From: Escherichia coli
GTDB taxonomy: Bacteria; Pseudomonadota; Gammaproteobacteria; Enterobacterales; Enterobacteriaceae
Strand: one strand, 5' to 3'
Assembly: GCF_029855145.1 (NCBI RefSeq)
Contig: NZ_CP123231.1
Length of the DNA: 24,000 bases
The position numbers and the translations under genes are program-made. Below, in pieces: positions 9,580 through 20,841 of the stretch. How positions within the stretch are numbered: position 1 is the stretch's first letter; every line of letters begins with the position of its first letter. The notes under the pieces were generated by a model. The model searched no databases and had not been told where the DNA came from. It saw only the letters and a program-made list of their open reading frames with translations.

Positions 9580-9931
9580 AACCACCTCAAATGTGATTCA
9601 AATAAGTCCTAAGTTTTAAATATATCAAAAATTAATGGGAAACTCTTCGCGATTTATGATGTCTAACGGGCCATTTCATGTAACAGAACGTTTCCATACA
9701 CCGCTATCCATCTAAATTTAAATCACTTTTTCAGAGAACTGCGTAAGTATTACGCATGTTTTCCCTGTCATTCATCCAGATTATTCCTAATCACCAGACT
9801 AATGATTCCATCAATCCTGGCGCATTTTAGTCAAAACGGGGGAAAATTTTTTCAACAAATGCTCAACCAGCATTGGGTATATCCAGTACACTCCACGCTT
9901 TACTTAGGTTTAGATATTTGTGGGAGAAAGG

Positions 9932-10819
9932 ATGCCTGGTTCATTACGTAAAATGCCGGTCTGGTTACCAATAGTCATATTGCTCGTTGCCATGGCGTCT
10001 ATTCAGGGTGGAGCCTCGTTAGCTAAGTCACTTTTTCCTCTGGTGGGCGCACCGGGGGTCACTGCGCTGCGTCTGGCATTAGGCACGCTGATCCTCATCG
10101 CGTTCTTTAAGCCATGGCGACTGCGCTTTGCCAAAGAGCAACGATTACCGCTGTTGTTTTACGGCGTTTCGCTGGGTGGAATGAATTATCTTTTTTATCT
10201 TTCTATTCAGACGGTACCGCTGGGTATTGCGGTGGCGCTGGAGTTCACCGGACCACTGGCGGTGGCACTGTTCTCTTCTCGTCGCCCGGTAGATTTCGTC
10301 TGGGTTGTGCTGGCGGTTCTTGGTCTGTGGTTCCTGCTACCGCTGGGGCAAGACGTTTCCCATGTCGATTTAACCGGCTGTGCACTGGCACTGGGGGCCG
10401 GGGCTTGTTGGGCTATTTACATTTTAAGTGGGCAACGCGCTGGAGCGGAACATGGTCCTGCGACGGTGGCAATTGGTTCGTTGATTGCAGCGTTAATTTT
10501 CGTGCCAATTGGAGCGCTTCAGGCTGGTGAAGCACTCTGGCACTGGTCGGTTATTCCATTGGGTCTGGCTGTCGCTATTCTCTCGACCGCTCTGCCTTAT
10601 TCGCTGGAAATGATTGCCCTCACCCGTTTGCCAACACGCACATTTGGTACGCTAATGAGCATGGAACCTGCGCTGGCTGCCGTTTCCGGGATGATTTTCC
10701 TCGGAGAAACACTGACACCCATACAGCTGCTGGCGCTCGGCGCTATCATCGCCGCTTCAATGGGTTCTACGCTGACAGTACGCAAAGAGAGCAAAATAAA
10801 AGAATTAGACATAAATTAA
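9932..10819 (+). CDS. rhtA: Threonine/homoserine exporter RhtA (DMT/EamA family), 295 aa
   Basis: ATG at 9932 follows the gagaaagg SD. The track start at 9920 is a GTG four codons upstream. The protein has about ten predicted TM segments. Recognised sequence. Confidence 0.92.
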   Translation: MPGSLRKMPVWLPIVILLVAMASIQGGASLAKSLFPLVGAPGVTALRLALGTLILIAFFKPWRLRFAKEQRLPLLFYGVSLGGMNYLFYLSIQTVPLGIAVALEFTGPLAVALFSSRRPVDFVWVVLAVLGLWFLLPLGQDVSHVDLTGCALALGAGACWAIYILSGQRAGAEHGPATVAIGSLIAALIFVPIGALQAGEALWHWSVIPLGLAVAILSTALPYSLEMIALTRLPTRTFGTLMSMEPALAAVSGMIFLGETLTPIQLLALGAIIAASMGSTLTVRKESKIKELDIN

Positions 10820-10828
10820 ATTTACATT

Positions 10829-10860
10829 TCTGCATGGTTATGCATAACCATGCAGATTTT
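10829..10860 (+). terminator. Intrinsic terminator of rhtA
   Basis: Long perfect palindrome tctgcatggttatgcataaccatgcaga followed by tttt. Confidence 0.8.
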
Positions 10861-10944
10861 CTCGCTACTTTTCCTCTACGCCGTCTTTATATATCGAATT
10901 ATGCAAAAGCATATTTATTCCGAAAATTCCTGGCGAGCAAATAA

Positions 10945-11622
<678 letters not shown>

Positions 11623-11663
11623 ATCCATCGCTGATGGTGCAGAACTTTAGTACACGATAAAAG

Positions 11664-11694
11664 CGGCTTCCTGACAGGAGGCCGTTTTGTTTTG
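11664..11694 (+). terminator. Intrinsic terminator of dps
   Basis: cggcttcct-gac-aggaggccg followed by ttttgttttg. Confidence 0.8.
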
Positions 11695-11839
11695 TAGCCC
11701 GCCTCAACGCACTTATTTAGTGCATCCATCTGCTATCACCAGCTGGTTAAGTAAATTTTTTGTATCCACATCATCACACAATCGTTACATAAAGATTGTT
11801 TTTTCATCAGGTTTTACGCTAAATAATCACTGTGTTGAG

Positions 11840-11882
11840 TGCACAATTTTAGCGCACCAGTTTGGTGCCCCAGAATGGTGCA
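11840..11882 (+). promoter_or_regulatory. NtrC (NRI) enhancer sites of glnHp2
   Basis: GCACCA-gtt-TGGTGC lies at 11854-11868. An overlapping site TGCACCA-ttc-TGGgGCA lies on the other strand at 11866-11882. A weaker site TGCACaA-ttt-TaGcGCA lies at 11840-11856. All three lie about 75-115 bp upstream of the -24/-12 element. Confidence 0.75.
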
Positions 11883-11936
11883 TCTTCAGGGTATTGCCCT
11901 ATAAATCGTGCATCACGTTTTTGCCGCATCTCGAAA

Positions 11937-11949
11937 AATCAATGAGTTG
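11937..11949 (+). promoter_or_regulatory. IHF site between the NtrC enhancer and the sigma-54 promoter
   Basis: aatcaatgagttg is a perfect match to WATCAANNNNTTR. Confidence 0.65.
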
Positions 11950-11955
11950 CAAAAC

Positions 11956-11971
11956 TGGCACGATTTTTTCA
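11956..11971 (+). promoter_or_regulatory. sigma-54 (-24/-12) promoter glnHp2
   Basis: TGGCAC-gattt-TTtCA compared with the consensus TGGCAC-N5-TTGCA. It lies about 55 nt upstream of the glnH ATG. Confidence 0.8.
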
Positions 11972-12010
11972 TATATGTGAATGTCACGCAGGGGATCGTC
12001 CCGTGGATAG

Positions 12011-12772
<762 letters not shown>

Positions 12773-12794
12773 TAACGCGGCGCCTGTAAAGCGC

Positions 12795-12862
12795 ACTGGC
12801 AGTTCCCTCTCCCCGCCGGGGAGAGGATTAGGGTGAAGGGCGCAAACCCGCTCCGGGGCCAT
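12795..12862 (+). repeat. GC-rich intergenic element with a 9-bp-stem hairpin in the glnH-glnP spacer
   Basis: cctctcccc-gcc-ggggagagg (12806-12826) followed by attagggtgaagggcgc. It resembles the ccctctcc...ggagagg-ttagggtgaggg intergenic repeat family of enterobacteria. There is no U-tract. Confidence 0.5.
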
Positions 12863-12910
12863 TAATTACCCTGAATTTGATTATTTACACCACGGTAACA
12901 GGAACAACAT

Positions 12911-13570
12911 ATGCAGTTTGACTGGAGTGCCATCTGGCCTGCCATTCCGCTTCTGATTGAAGGTGCCAAAATGACCCTGTGGATTTCGGTCCTCGGTCTG
13001 GCTGGCGGTCTGGTGATCGGATTGTTGGCAGGTTTTGCACGCACCTTCGGTGGTTGGATAGCCAACCACGTCGCGCTGGTCTTTATTGAAGTGATCCGCG
13101 GCACACCTATCGTCGTCCAGGTGATGTTTATCTATTTCGCCCTGCCGATGGCGTTTAACGATTTACGCATCGACCCGTTTACTGCGGCGGTGGTCACCAT
13201 CATGATCAACTCCGGCGCGTACATTGCGGAAATCACGCGTGGTGCGGTGCTGTCTATTCACAAAGGTTTTCGTGAAGCAGGACTGGCGCTCGGTCTTTCA
13301 CGTTGGGAAACCATTCGCTACGTCATTTTACCGCTGGCACTGCGTCGTATGCTGCCGCCGCTGGGTAACCAGTGGATCATCAGCATTAAAGACACTTCGC
13401 TGTTTATTGTTATCGGCGTGGCGGAACTGACCCGTCAGGGGCAAGAAATTATTGCCGGTAACTTCCGCGCCCTTGAGATCTGGAGCGCCGTGGCGGTGTT
13501 CTATCTGATTATTACCCTGGTGCTGAGCTTTATTCTGCGTCGTCTGGAAAGAAGGATGAAAATCCTGTGA
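12911..13570 (+). CDS. glnP: Glutamine ABC transporter permease GlnP, 219 aa
   Basis: Polytopic membrane protein with an EAA-type loop ([21 protein letters not shown]). Recognised sequence. Confidence 0.94.
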
Positions 13571-14289
13571 TTGAATTTAAAAACGTCTCCAAGCATTTTG
13601 GTCCAACCCAGGTGCTGCACAATATCGATTTGAACATTGCTCAGGGCGAAGTCGTGGTGATTATCGGGCCGTCCGGTTCCGGTAAATCGACCCTGCTGCG
13701 CTGCATCAACAAACTGGAAGAAATCACCTCCGGCGATCTGATTGTCGATGGCCTGAAGGTTAACGATCCGAAAGTTGATGAGCGCCTGATTCGCCAGGAA
13801 GCGGGTATGGTGTTCCAGCAGTTTTACCTCTTCCCGCATCTGACGGCGCTGGAAAACGTCATGTTTGGCCCGCTACGCGTGCGTGGCGCGAATAAAGAAG
13901 AGGCGGAAAAACTGGCGCGTGAGCTGCTGGCGAAAGTCGGTCTGGCAGAGCGTGCACATCACTACCCTTCCGAACTTTCTGGTGGTCAACAGCAGCGTGT
14001 GGCGATTGCCCGCGCGCTGGCGGTGAAGCCGAAAATGATGCTGTTTGATGAACCGACTTCCGCTCTTGACCCGGAACTGCGCCATGAAGTGCTGAAGGTT
14101 ATGCAGGATCTGGCTGAAGAAGGGATGACGATGGTGATCGTGACCCACGAAATCGGTTTTGCCGAGAAAGTAGCTTCGCGCCTGATCTTTATCGACAAAG
14201 GCCGGATTGCAGAAGATGGCGATCCGCAGGTGTTGATCAAGAACCCGCCGAGCCAGCGCTTGCAGGAATTTTTGCAGCACGTCTCTTAA
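13567..14289 (+). CDS. glnQ: Glutamine ABC transporter ATPase GlnQ, 240 aa
   Basis: The GTG start overlaps the glnP stop (GTGA). Walker A is GPSGSGKST, the signature is LSGGQQQR, and Walker B is MMLFDEPTS. Confidence 0.94.
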
Positions 14290-14296
14290 CTTCTCT

Positions 14297-14322
14297 GCCT
14301 CCCTTTCCCCCGAAAGGGAGGC
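14297..14322 (+). terminator. 10-bp-stem hairpin after glnQ
   Basis: gcctcccttt-cccccg-aaagggaggc. It is not followed by a T-run, so this is possibly a weak or non-canonical terminator. Confidence 0.45.
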
Positions 14323-14363
14323 ACACCAGATTCCTCTCATTTAAAATCGCCTCTCCCCCAGCA

Positions 14364-14373
14364 TCTATACTTA
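14364..14373 (+). promoter_or_regulatory. Candidate sigma-S-type extended -10 element for ybiO
   Basis: tCTATACTTa is nearly identical to the sigma-S -10 consensus (K)CTAYRCTTAA. It ends about 33 nt upstream of the ybiO ATG. The same core is seen at dps (11066-11074). Confidence 0.45.
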
Positions 14374-14405
14374 TCTTTTTGCTCTGTTTTCTCACTGGAG
14401 GAGTC

Positions 14406-16631
14406 ATGCGGTGGATCCTGTTCATCCTCTTCTGCCTGTTGGGCGCACCTGCCCACGCGGTATCCATACCCGGCGTTACAACCACAACGACAACGGACTC
14501 AACGACTGAACCGGCCCCGGAACCGGATATCGAACAAAAAAAAGCGGCCTATGGCGCACTGGCGGATGTGCTGGATAATGACACCTCGCGTAAAGAGTTG
14601 ATCGACCAGTTGCGCACCGTCGCCGCTACGCCTCCTGCGGAACCCGTACCGAAGATCGTGCCGCCGACGCTGGTTGAAGAGCAAACCGTGCTGCAAAAAG
14701 TCACCGAAGTCAGCCGCCATTATGGTGAAGCCCTTTCCGCCCGCTTCGGGCAACTTTATCGCAATATCACCGGCTCCCCGCATAAGCCGTTTAATCCACA
14801 AACCTTCAGCAATGCGCTGACCCACTTTTCAATGTTAGCGGTATTAGTGTTTGGTTTTTACTGGCTGATTCGTCTGTGCGCACTGCCGCTGTATCGCAAA
14901 ATGGGCCAGTGGGCGCGGCAAAAAAATCGTGAGCGCAGTAACTGGTTGCAGCTTCCGGCGATGATCATCGGGGCGTTTATTATCGACCTGCTGTTACTGG
15001 CACTGACATTATTTGTCGGCCAGGTATTAAGCGACAACCTGAATGCGGGCAGTCGCACTATCGCTTTCCAACAAAGTTTGTTTCTCAACGCCTTTGCCCT
15101 GATTGAATTTTTCAAAGCCGTACTACGCCTGATTTTTTGCCCAAACGTAGCTGAACTGCGCCCGTTCACGATTCATGACGAGACCGCCCGTTACTGGAGT
15201 CGTCGCCTGAGCTGGTTAAGCAGCCTGATTGGCTATGGTCTGATTGTGGCTGTGCCGATTATCTCTAATCAGGTGAATGTACAGATAGGTGCGCTGGCGA
15301 ACGTCATCATTATGCTGTGCATGACCGTCTGGGCGTTGTACCTGATTTTTCGTAATAAAAAAGAGATCACCCAGCATTTGCTCAACTTTGCGGAGCATTC
15401 GCTGGCCTTTTTCAGCCTGTTTATCCGCGCCTTTGCGCTGGTGTGGCACTGGCTGGCAAGCGCCTATTTTATCGTGCTGTTTTTCTTTTCGTTGTTCGAT
15501 CCGGGCAACAGCCTGAAATTTATGATGGGTGCAACGGTGCGCAGCCTGGCGATTATTGGTATCGCAGCATTTGTTTCCGGTATGTTTTCCCGCTGGCTGG
15601 CGAAAACCATCACCCTCTCGCCACATACTCAGCGAAATTATCCGGAGCTGCAAAAACGGCTGAATGGCTGGCTTTCGGCGGCACTGAAAACAGCGCGTAT
15701 TCTGACAGTCTGCGTGGCGGTAATGCTGCTGTTGAGCGCATGGGGATTGTTCGATTTCTGGAACTGGCTGCAAAACGGCGCGGGGCAGAAAACCGTAGAT
15801 ATCCTGATCCGTATCGCACTCATTCTTTTCTTCTCGGCGGTTGGCTGGACGGTGCTCGCCAGTTTGATAGAAAACCGGCTGGCTTCGGATATTCATGGCC
15901 GCCCGCTACCCAGCGCCCGTACGCGAACCCTGCTGACGCTGTTCCGTAACGCGCTGGCGGTGATTATCAGTACCATCACCATCATGATTGTGTTGTCGGA
16001 AATCGGCGTCAATATCGCGCCATTGCTGGCAGGTGCCGGGGCATTAGGTCTGGCTATCTCGTTTGGTTCGCAAACGCTGGTGAAAGATATTATTACCGGA
16101 GTATTTATTCAGTTTGAAAACGGCATGAACACTGGAGATTTGGTGACTATCGGGCCGTTGACCGGCACTGTGGAACGGATGTCGATTCGCTCCGTGGGCG
16201 TGCGCCAGGATACCGGGGCGTATCACATCATTCCGTGGTCTTCGATAACCACCTTTGCTAACTTCGTCCGCGGTATTGGTTCGGTAGTGGCAAACTACGA
16301 TGTTGATCGCCATGAAGATGCTGATAAAGCCAATCAGGCACTGAAAGATGCGGTAGCAGAATTGATGGAAAACGAAGAAATTCGCGGGCTGGTTATTGGT
16401 GAACCGAACTTTGCCGGGATTGTCGGCTTAAGCAATACCGCGTTTACACTGCGTGTTTCGTTCACCACGCTGCCACTCAAACAGTGGACGGTCCGCTTTG
16501 CCCTCGACAGCCAGGTGAAAAAACATTTCGACCTGGCGGGTGTTCGCGCGCCGGTGCAGACTTATCAGGTGCTGCCAGCTCCGGGCGCGGCCCCGGCTGA
16601 ACCGTTGCCGCCGGGGGAGCCAACGCTTTAA
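14406..16631 (+). CDS. ybiO: Large MscS-family mechanosensitive channel YbiO, 741 aa
   Basis: ATG at 14406 follows the ggagga SD. Signal peptide ends APAHA-VS. There is a multi-TM N-terminal region and an MscS core ([22 protein letters not shown]). Recognised sequence. Confidence 0.93.
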
Positions 16632-17554
16632 CGCTGGCGATTGACAAAACGGCGGCGCTGCTCGTCGTTCATAAAGGTCCAGGCTATAAAGCGGCTCTGC
16701 TTTTGCCCCTGGGCCATCTCTTTTTTTACCACCTTCACCGCACCTACGTCCGTCAGAGCACGATACAACGGCGGTAAGTTTTCACCACGAGATACCAGCG
16801 AGGTAAACCACATCACCTGCTTCGCGAAGCCTTTGCTCTCTTCAATCATCTTTTTGATAAAAGCGACCTCACCGCCTTCACACCACAACTCCTGTTGCTG
16901 ACCACCAAAGTTCAGTGCATCGTCTTTGTTCAGCCCCAGGTTACGGCGTTTACGTTCACTACCTGCCCGTGCCGCAGCGGCGGAATCGTGGAATGGCGGG
17001 TTACACAAGGTCGCATCGTATTGCTCGTTTTTATGGATGATGCCGTTAAAAATCGCCCCACTCTCTTTTTGCCGACGCAGACGAATAGCGCGGTTAAGCC
17101 CCGGATTAGCACTGATGATCGCCTGCGCACTGCTTAACGCCTGGCTGCTGGTTTCACTACCGGTAAAACGCCAGCCATATTCATGTACGCCAATCAGCGG
17201 ATAAATACAGTTCGCACCAACGCCGATATCCAGAATGCTGGCATTAGCTGGAATTGTTCCGCTTGCTTCAGCCAGTAAATCGGCAAGGTGATGAATATAA
17301 TCCGCCCGGCCCGGTACTGGCGGGCAGAGAAAACCGTCCGGGATATCCCAGTTCGCTACGGCGTAAAAATGGGCCAGCAACGCCTTATTGAGCGCCTTCA
17401 CCGCCAGCGGATTGGCAAAGTCTACGCTTTGCTCCCCGGCGGGTGTAAGCGTGAGGAATTGCCTGAGTTCAGGATTGACCTGACAAAGCGTGGCGAGATC
17501 GTAGCGGCTGTGATGACGGTTGCGCGGATGCAACCCCGGTTTCTGGGCGGACAT
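16628..17554 (-). CDS. rlmF: 23S rRNA m6A1618 methyltransferase RlmF (YbiN), 308 aa
   Basis: ATG at 17554 follows the aaggagaa SD. SAM-binding motif is [12 protein letters not shown] and the catalytic motif is NPPF. The track start at 17644 is an upstream extension. Confidence 0.92.
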
Positions 17555-17829
17555 AGCATTCTCCTTTAAGCAGCGGCGTAAGATACCCGCATAACGCGAC
17601 AGGGTAAATATCTGGCTGCGTTTATCATTTCTAAAAACCTTCACATGGCTATGGTTTATGGCAATTCACCATAAAAATCATCATCATGCATGTCATTGAT
17701 TTGTCTTATTTTGTAAAAACATATCGTTCAAAAAATAAGCGCATCTCTGTCAATTTTTTGCGTCATTTTCATCGCGCAGGCGACCTACACTTATCTGGCA
17801 CTACCCGTTGTATTTATGAGGATGTCATT

Positions 17830-18090
17830 ATGAAAAAGTGCCTCACACTACTGATTGCCACCGTCCTGAGCGGAATCTCTCTCACGGCTTATGCCGCGCA
17901 ACCGATGAGTAACCTGGACAGTGGTCAACTACGGCCCGCCGGTACCGTTTCGGCAACTGGCGCATCAAACCTAAGCGATCTGGAGGATAAACTGGCAGAA
18001 AAAGCGCGCGAACAAGGCGCGAAAGGTTATGTCATTAATTCCGCAGGCGGAAATGACCAGATGTTCGGTACTGCAATCATCTACAAATAA
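17830..18090 (+). CDS. mcbA: Small periplasmic DUF1471 (YhcN-family) protein McbA/YbiM, 86 aa
   Basis: ATG at 17830. Signal peptide ends TAYA-AQP and the C-terminus is GTAIIYK. The name is assigned from the recognised sequence and from its position between rlmF and fiu. Confidence 0.85.
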   Translation: MKKCLTLLIATVLSGISLTAYAAQPMSNLDSGQLRPAGTVSATGASNLSDLEDKLAEKAREQGAKGYVINSAGGNDQMFGTAIIYK

Positions 18091-18102
18091 CCCCACAAAC
18101 GT

Positions 18103-18130
18103 AACTGCATTCGCCTCTGGATGCAGTTTT
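18103..18130 (+). terminator. Candidate terminator of mcbA
   Basis: aactgcat-tcgcctctgg-atgcagtt followed by tt. The loop is long and the T-run is short. Confidence 0.45.
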
Positions 18131-18224
18131 CGTCCAATTTGTAAGCAAAAAACATCAAATATGAACGTAATGTAAATAAATGTATTTCTTTTTCGCGCAA
18201 TGGGTGATAGAAAATCGCGCCAAG

Positions 18225-18250
18225 TGATAATGCTTATCAAAATTATTATC
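18225..18250 (+). promoter_or_regulatory. Fur box(es) in the fiu promoter
   Basis: gataatgcttatcaaaattattatc. By hand alignment the first 19 nt match GATAATGATAATCATTATC at 14/19 positions. It lies about 105 nt upstream of the fiu ATG. Confidence 0.7.
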
Positions 18251-18354
18251 ACTTGCACGGACGCTATCACGGGATTAACAGTGGCATCGCATCCGCAGAG
18301 ATGCTTTCTCGTGACAGTGAAAATTTCACCATATAAGAAAAAGTCACCTGCAAA

Positions 18355-20637
18355 ATGGAAAACAATCGCAATTTCCCTGCCAGACAATTTCATTCGCTCA
18401 CGTTCTTTGCCGGTCTTTGTATTGGTATTACGCCTGTGGCGCAGGCACTCGCTGCCGAAGGGCAAGCTAACGCGGATGACACGCTGGTTGTCGAAGCATC
18501 AACGCCTTCGCTTTATGCGCCACAACAATCTGCCGATCCGAAATTCTCGCGTCCGGTAGCGGATACTACCCGCACGATGACAGTGATTTCTGAACAAGTG
18601 ATTAAAGATCAGGGTGCAACCAACCTTACCGACGCGCTCAAAAACGTCCCCGGCGTGGGTGCGTTTTTTGCGGGTGAGAACGGTAACTCCACCACTGGCG
18701 ACGCCATTTATATGCGCGGTGCCGATACCTCTAACAGTATTTATATCGATGGCATTCGCGATATCGGCAGCGTCTCGCGCGACACCTTCAATACCGAGCA
18801 GGTCGAAGTAATTAAAGGGCCGTCCGGCACCGACTACGGGCGCAGCGCACCGACAGGCTCGATCAATATGATCAGCAAACAGCCGCGCAATGATTCCGGC
18901 ATTGACGCCTCCGCCAGTATTGGCAGCGCCTGGTTCCGCCGCGGCACGCTGGACGTCAATCAGGTCATTGGTGATACCACTGCGGTGCGCCTGAATGTAA
19001 TGGGCGAAAAAACGCACGATGCCGGACGCGACAAAGTCAAAAATGAGCGTTACGGCGTCGCCCCTTCTGTCGCTTTTGGCCTTGGTACAGCGAATCGTTT
19101 GTATCTTAATTATCTGCATGTCACCCAGCACAACACGCCAGACGGCGGCATTCCGACTATCGGTTTACCGGGTTATTCTGCCCCATCTGCGGGAACAGCA
19201 GCCCTGAATCATTCCGGAAAAGTTGATACTCATAACTTTTACGGCACAGATTCCGATTACGACGATTCGATCACCGACACCGCTACCATGCGTTTTGAGC
19301 ACGACATCAACGATAACGCCACCATTCGCAACACTACGCGTTGGTCGCGCGTAAAGCAGGATTACCTGATGACGGCGATTATGGGTGGAGCGTCGAATAT
19401 TACCCAGCCCACCAGCGATGTGAATAGCTGGACGTGGTCACGCACGGCGAATACCAAAGATGTGAGTAACAAAATTCTCACCAACCAGACCAACCTGACC
19501 TCGACATTCTATACCGGCGCTATCGGTCATGATCTCAGTACCGGCGTGGAATTTACCCGCGAAACACAGACTAACTATGGCGTTAATCCGGTGACGTTAC
19601 CGGCGGTAAATATTTATCATCCTGACAGCAGCATTCATCCCGGCGGCCTGACGCGCAACGGCGCAAACGCCAATGGTCAGACGGATACCTTCGCAATTTA
19701 TGCCTTCGATACGCTGCAAATCACCCGTGATTTTGAGCTGAACGGCGGGATCCGTCTGGATAATTATCATACTGAATATGACAGTGCTACCGCCTGCGGC
19801 GGCAGCGGGCGCGGTGCCATCACCTGCCCTGCTGGCGTGGCAAAAGGTTCTCCGGTCACCACCGTCGACACCGCCAAGTCGGGCAATCTGGTGAACTGGA
19901 AAGCCGGGGCGCTGTATCACCTGACGGAAAACGGCAATGTCTATATTAACTATGCCGTTTCCCAGCAGCCGCCGGGCGGCAACAACTTCGCCCTTGCGCA
20001 GTCTGGCAGCGGTAACAGTGCCAACCGCACCGATTTTAAACCACAAAAAGCCAACACCAGCGAGATTGGCACCAAATGGCAGGTTCTGGATAAACGCCTG
20101 CTACTTACCGCCGCGCTGTTCCGTACTGATATTGAAAATGAAGTTGAGCAAAATGATGACGGGACTTATTCGCAATATGGTAAGAAACGTGTCGAAGGCT
20201 ACGAGATATCCGTGGCCGGGAATATCACCCCCGCATGGCAGATGATTGGCGGCTATACCCAGCAAAAAGCAACTATCAAAAACGGCAAAGATGTTGCCCA
20301 GGATGGTTCCTCATCGCTGCCGTATACCCCGGAACACGCCTTCACCTTATGGAGCCAGTATCAGGCAAGCGATGATATTTCTGTTGGTGCGGGCGCACGG
20401 TATATCGGCAGTATGCATAAAGGTTCAGACGGCGCGGTGGGAACGCCAGCGTTTACCGAAGGTTATTGGGTCGCCGACGCCAAACTGGGGTATCGGGTTA
20501 ATCGCAATCTCGACTTCCAGCTAAACGTCTACAACCTGTTTGATACCGATTACGTCGCCTCAATCAATAAGAGCGGCTACCGTTATCACCCGGGCGAGCC
20601 AAGAACCTTCTTGCTCACAGCTAATATGCATTTCTGA
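18355..20637 (+). CDS. fiu: TonB-dependent catecholate-siderophore outer-membrane receptor Fiu, 760 aa
   Basis: Signal peptide ends AQALA-AEG. TonB box is DDTLVVEA. It has a plug domain plus a 22-strand barrel and a C-terminal aromatic residue (NMHF). Recognised sequence. Confidence 0.95.
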   Translation: MENNRNFPARQFHSLTFFAGLCIGITPVAQALAAEGQANADDTLVVEASTPSLYAPQQSADPKFSRPVADTTRTMTVISEQVIKDQGATNLTDALKNVPGVGAFFAGENGNSTTGDAIYMRGADTSNSIYIDGIRDIGSVSRDTFNTEQVEVIKGPSGTDYGRSAPTGSINMISKQPRNDSGIDASASIGSAWFRRGTLDVNQVIGDTTAVRLNVMGEKTHDAGRDKVKNERYGVAPSVAFGLGTANRLYLNYLHVTQHNTPDGGIPTIGLPGYSAPSAGTAALNHSGKVDTHNFYGTDSDYDDSITDTATMRFEHDINDNATIRNTTRWSRVKQDYLMTAIMGGASNITQPTSDVNSWTWSRTANTKDVSNKILTNQTNLTSTFYTGAIGHDLSTGVEFTRETQTNYGVNPVTLPAVNIYHPDSSIHPGGLTRNGANANGQTDTFAIYAFDTLQITRDFELNGGIRLDNYHTEYDSATACGGSGRGAITCPAGVAKGSPVTTVDTAKSGNLVNWKAGALYHLTENGNVYINYAVSQQPPGGNNFALAQSGSGNSANRTDFKPQKANTSEIGTKWQVLDKRLLLTAALFRTDIENEVEQNDDGTYSQYGKKRVEGYEISVAGNITPAWQMIGGYTQQKATIKNGKDVAQDGSSSLPYTPEHAFTLWSQYQASDDISVGAGARYIGSMHKGSDGAVGTPAFTEGYWVADAKLGYRVNRNLDFQLNVYNLFDTDYVASINKSGYRYHPGEPRTFLLTANMHF

Positions 20638-20687
20638 TTCAGATGTGGGGCGCAAGGCTCACTAATGTTGATGGCGAGAGCAGGACT

Positions 20688-20786
20688 GCCTGATGCGCTG
20701 CGCTTATCAGGCCTACAAGGTTGTGCAATACACTGAATTCACATCATTTGGTAGGCCGGATAAGGCGTTCACGCCGCATCCGGCAC
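20688..20786. repeat. BIME: two inverted REP units with a central linker
   Basis: gcctgatgcgctgcgcttatcaggcctac (20688-20716) and gtaggccggataaggcgttcacgccgcatccggcac (20751-20786). The linker is ...ttgtgcaatacactgaattcacatcatttg. Confidence 0.85.
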
Positions 20787-20818
20787 CTGAGCACCATTGC
20801 CTGCTGTTAAAAATCGGT

Positions 20819-20841
20819 GTGGGGCGCAGGCCCCACTTTTT
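20819..20841 (+). terminator. Canonical intrinsic terminator between fiu and ybiX
   Basis: gtggggc-gcag-gccccac followed by ttttt. It ends at the start of the ybiX SD (ggaga). Confidence 0.7.

Noticed and set aside
9586-9931. The 346-bp ompX-rhtA divergent spacer, inspected for small ORFs or structured RNA.
   Set aside because: The region is AT-rich and consistent with the long ompX 5' UTR and divergent promoters. I found no ORF with a convincing SD or any conspicuous conserved-looking structure.
14478-14495. Run of six Thr codons (aca acc aca acg aca acg) near the YbiO N-terminus, considered as a possible slippage-prone repeat.
   Set aside because: The codons are mixed, so it is not a true tandem trinucleotide repeat. 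It lies in the low-complexity linker after the signal peptide and is in frame.
15216-15896. 226-aa minus-strand ORF, with several smaller ORFs at 14499-15169 and 15443-16313.
   Set aside because: All are embedded in the ybiO coding sequence in other frames or on the other strand. They are shadow ORFs with no independent signals.
18499-19131. 210-aa minus-strand ORF inside fiu, plus ORFs at 19597-20046, 19937-20245 and 20246-20524.
   Set aside because: These are antisense or alternative-frame shadows of fiu with Arg/Gly/Ala-rich translations.
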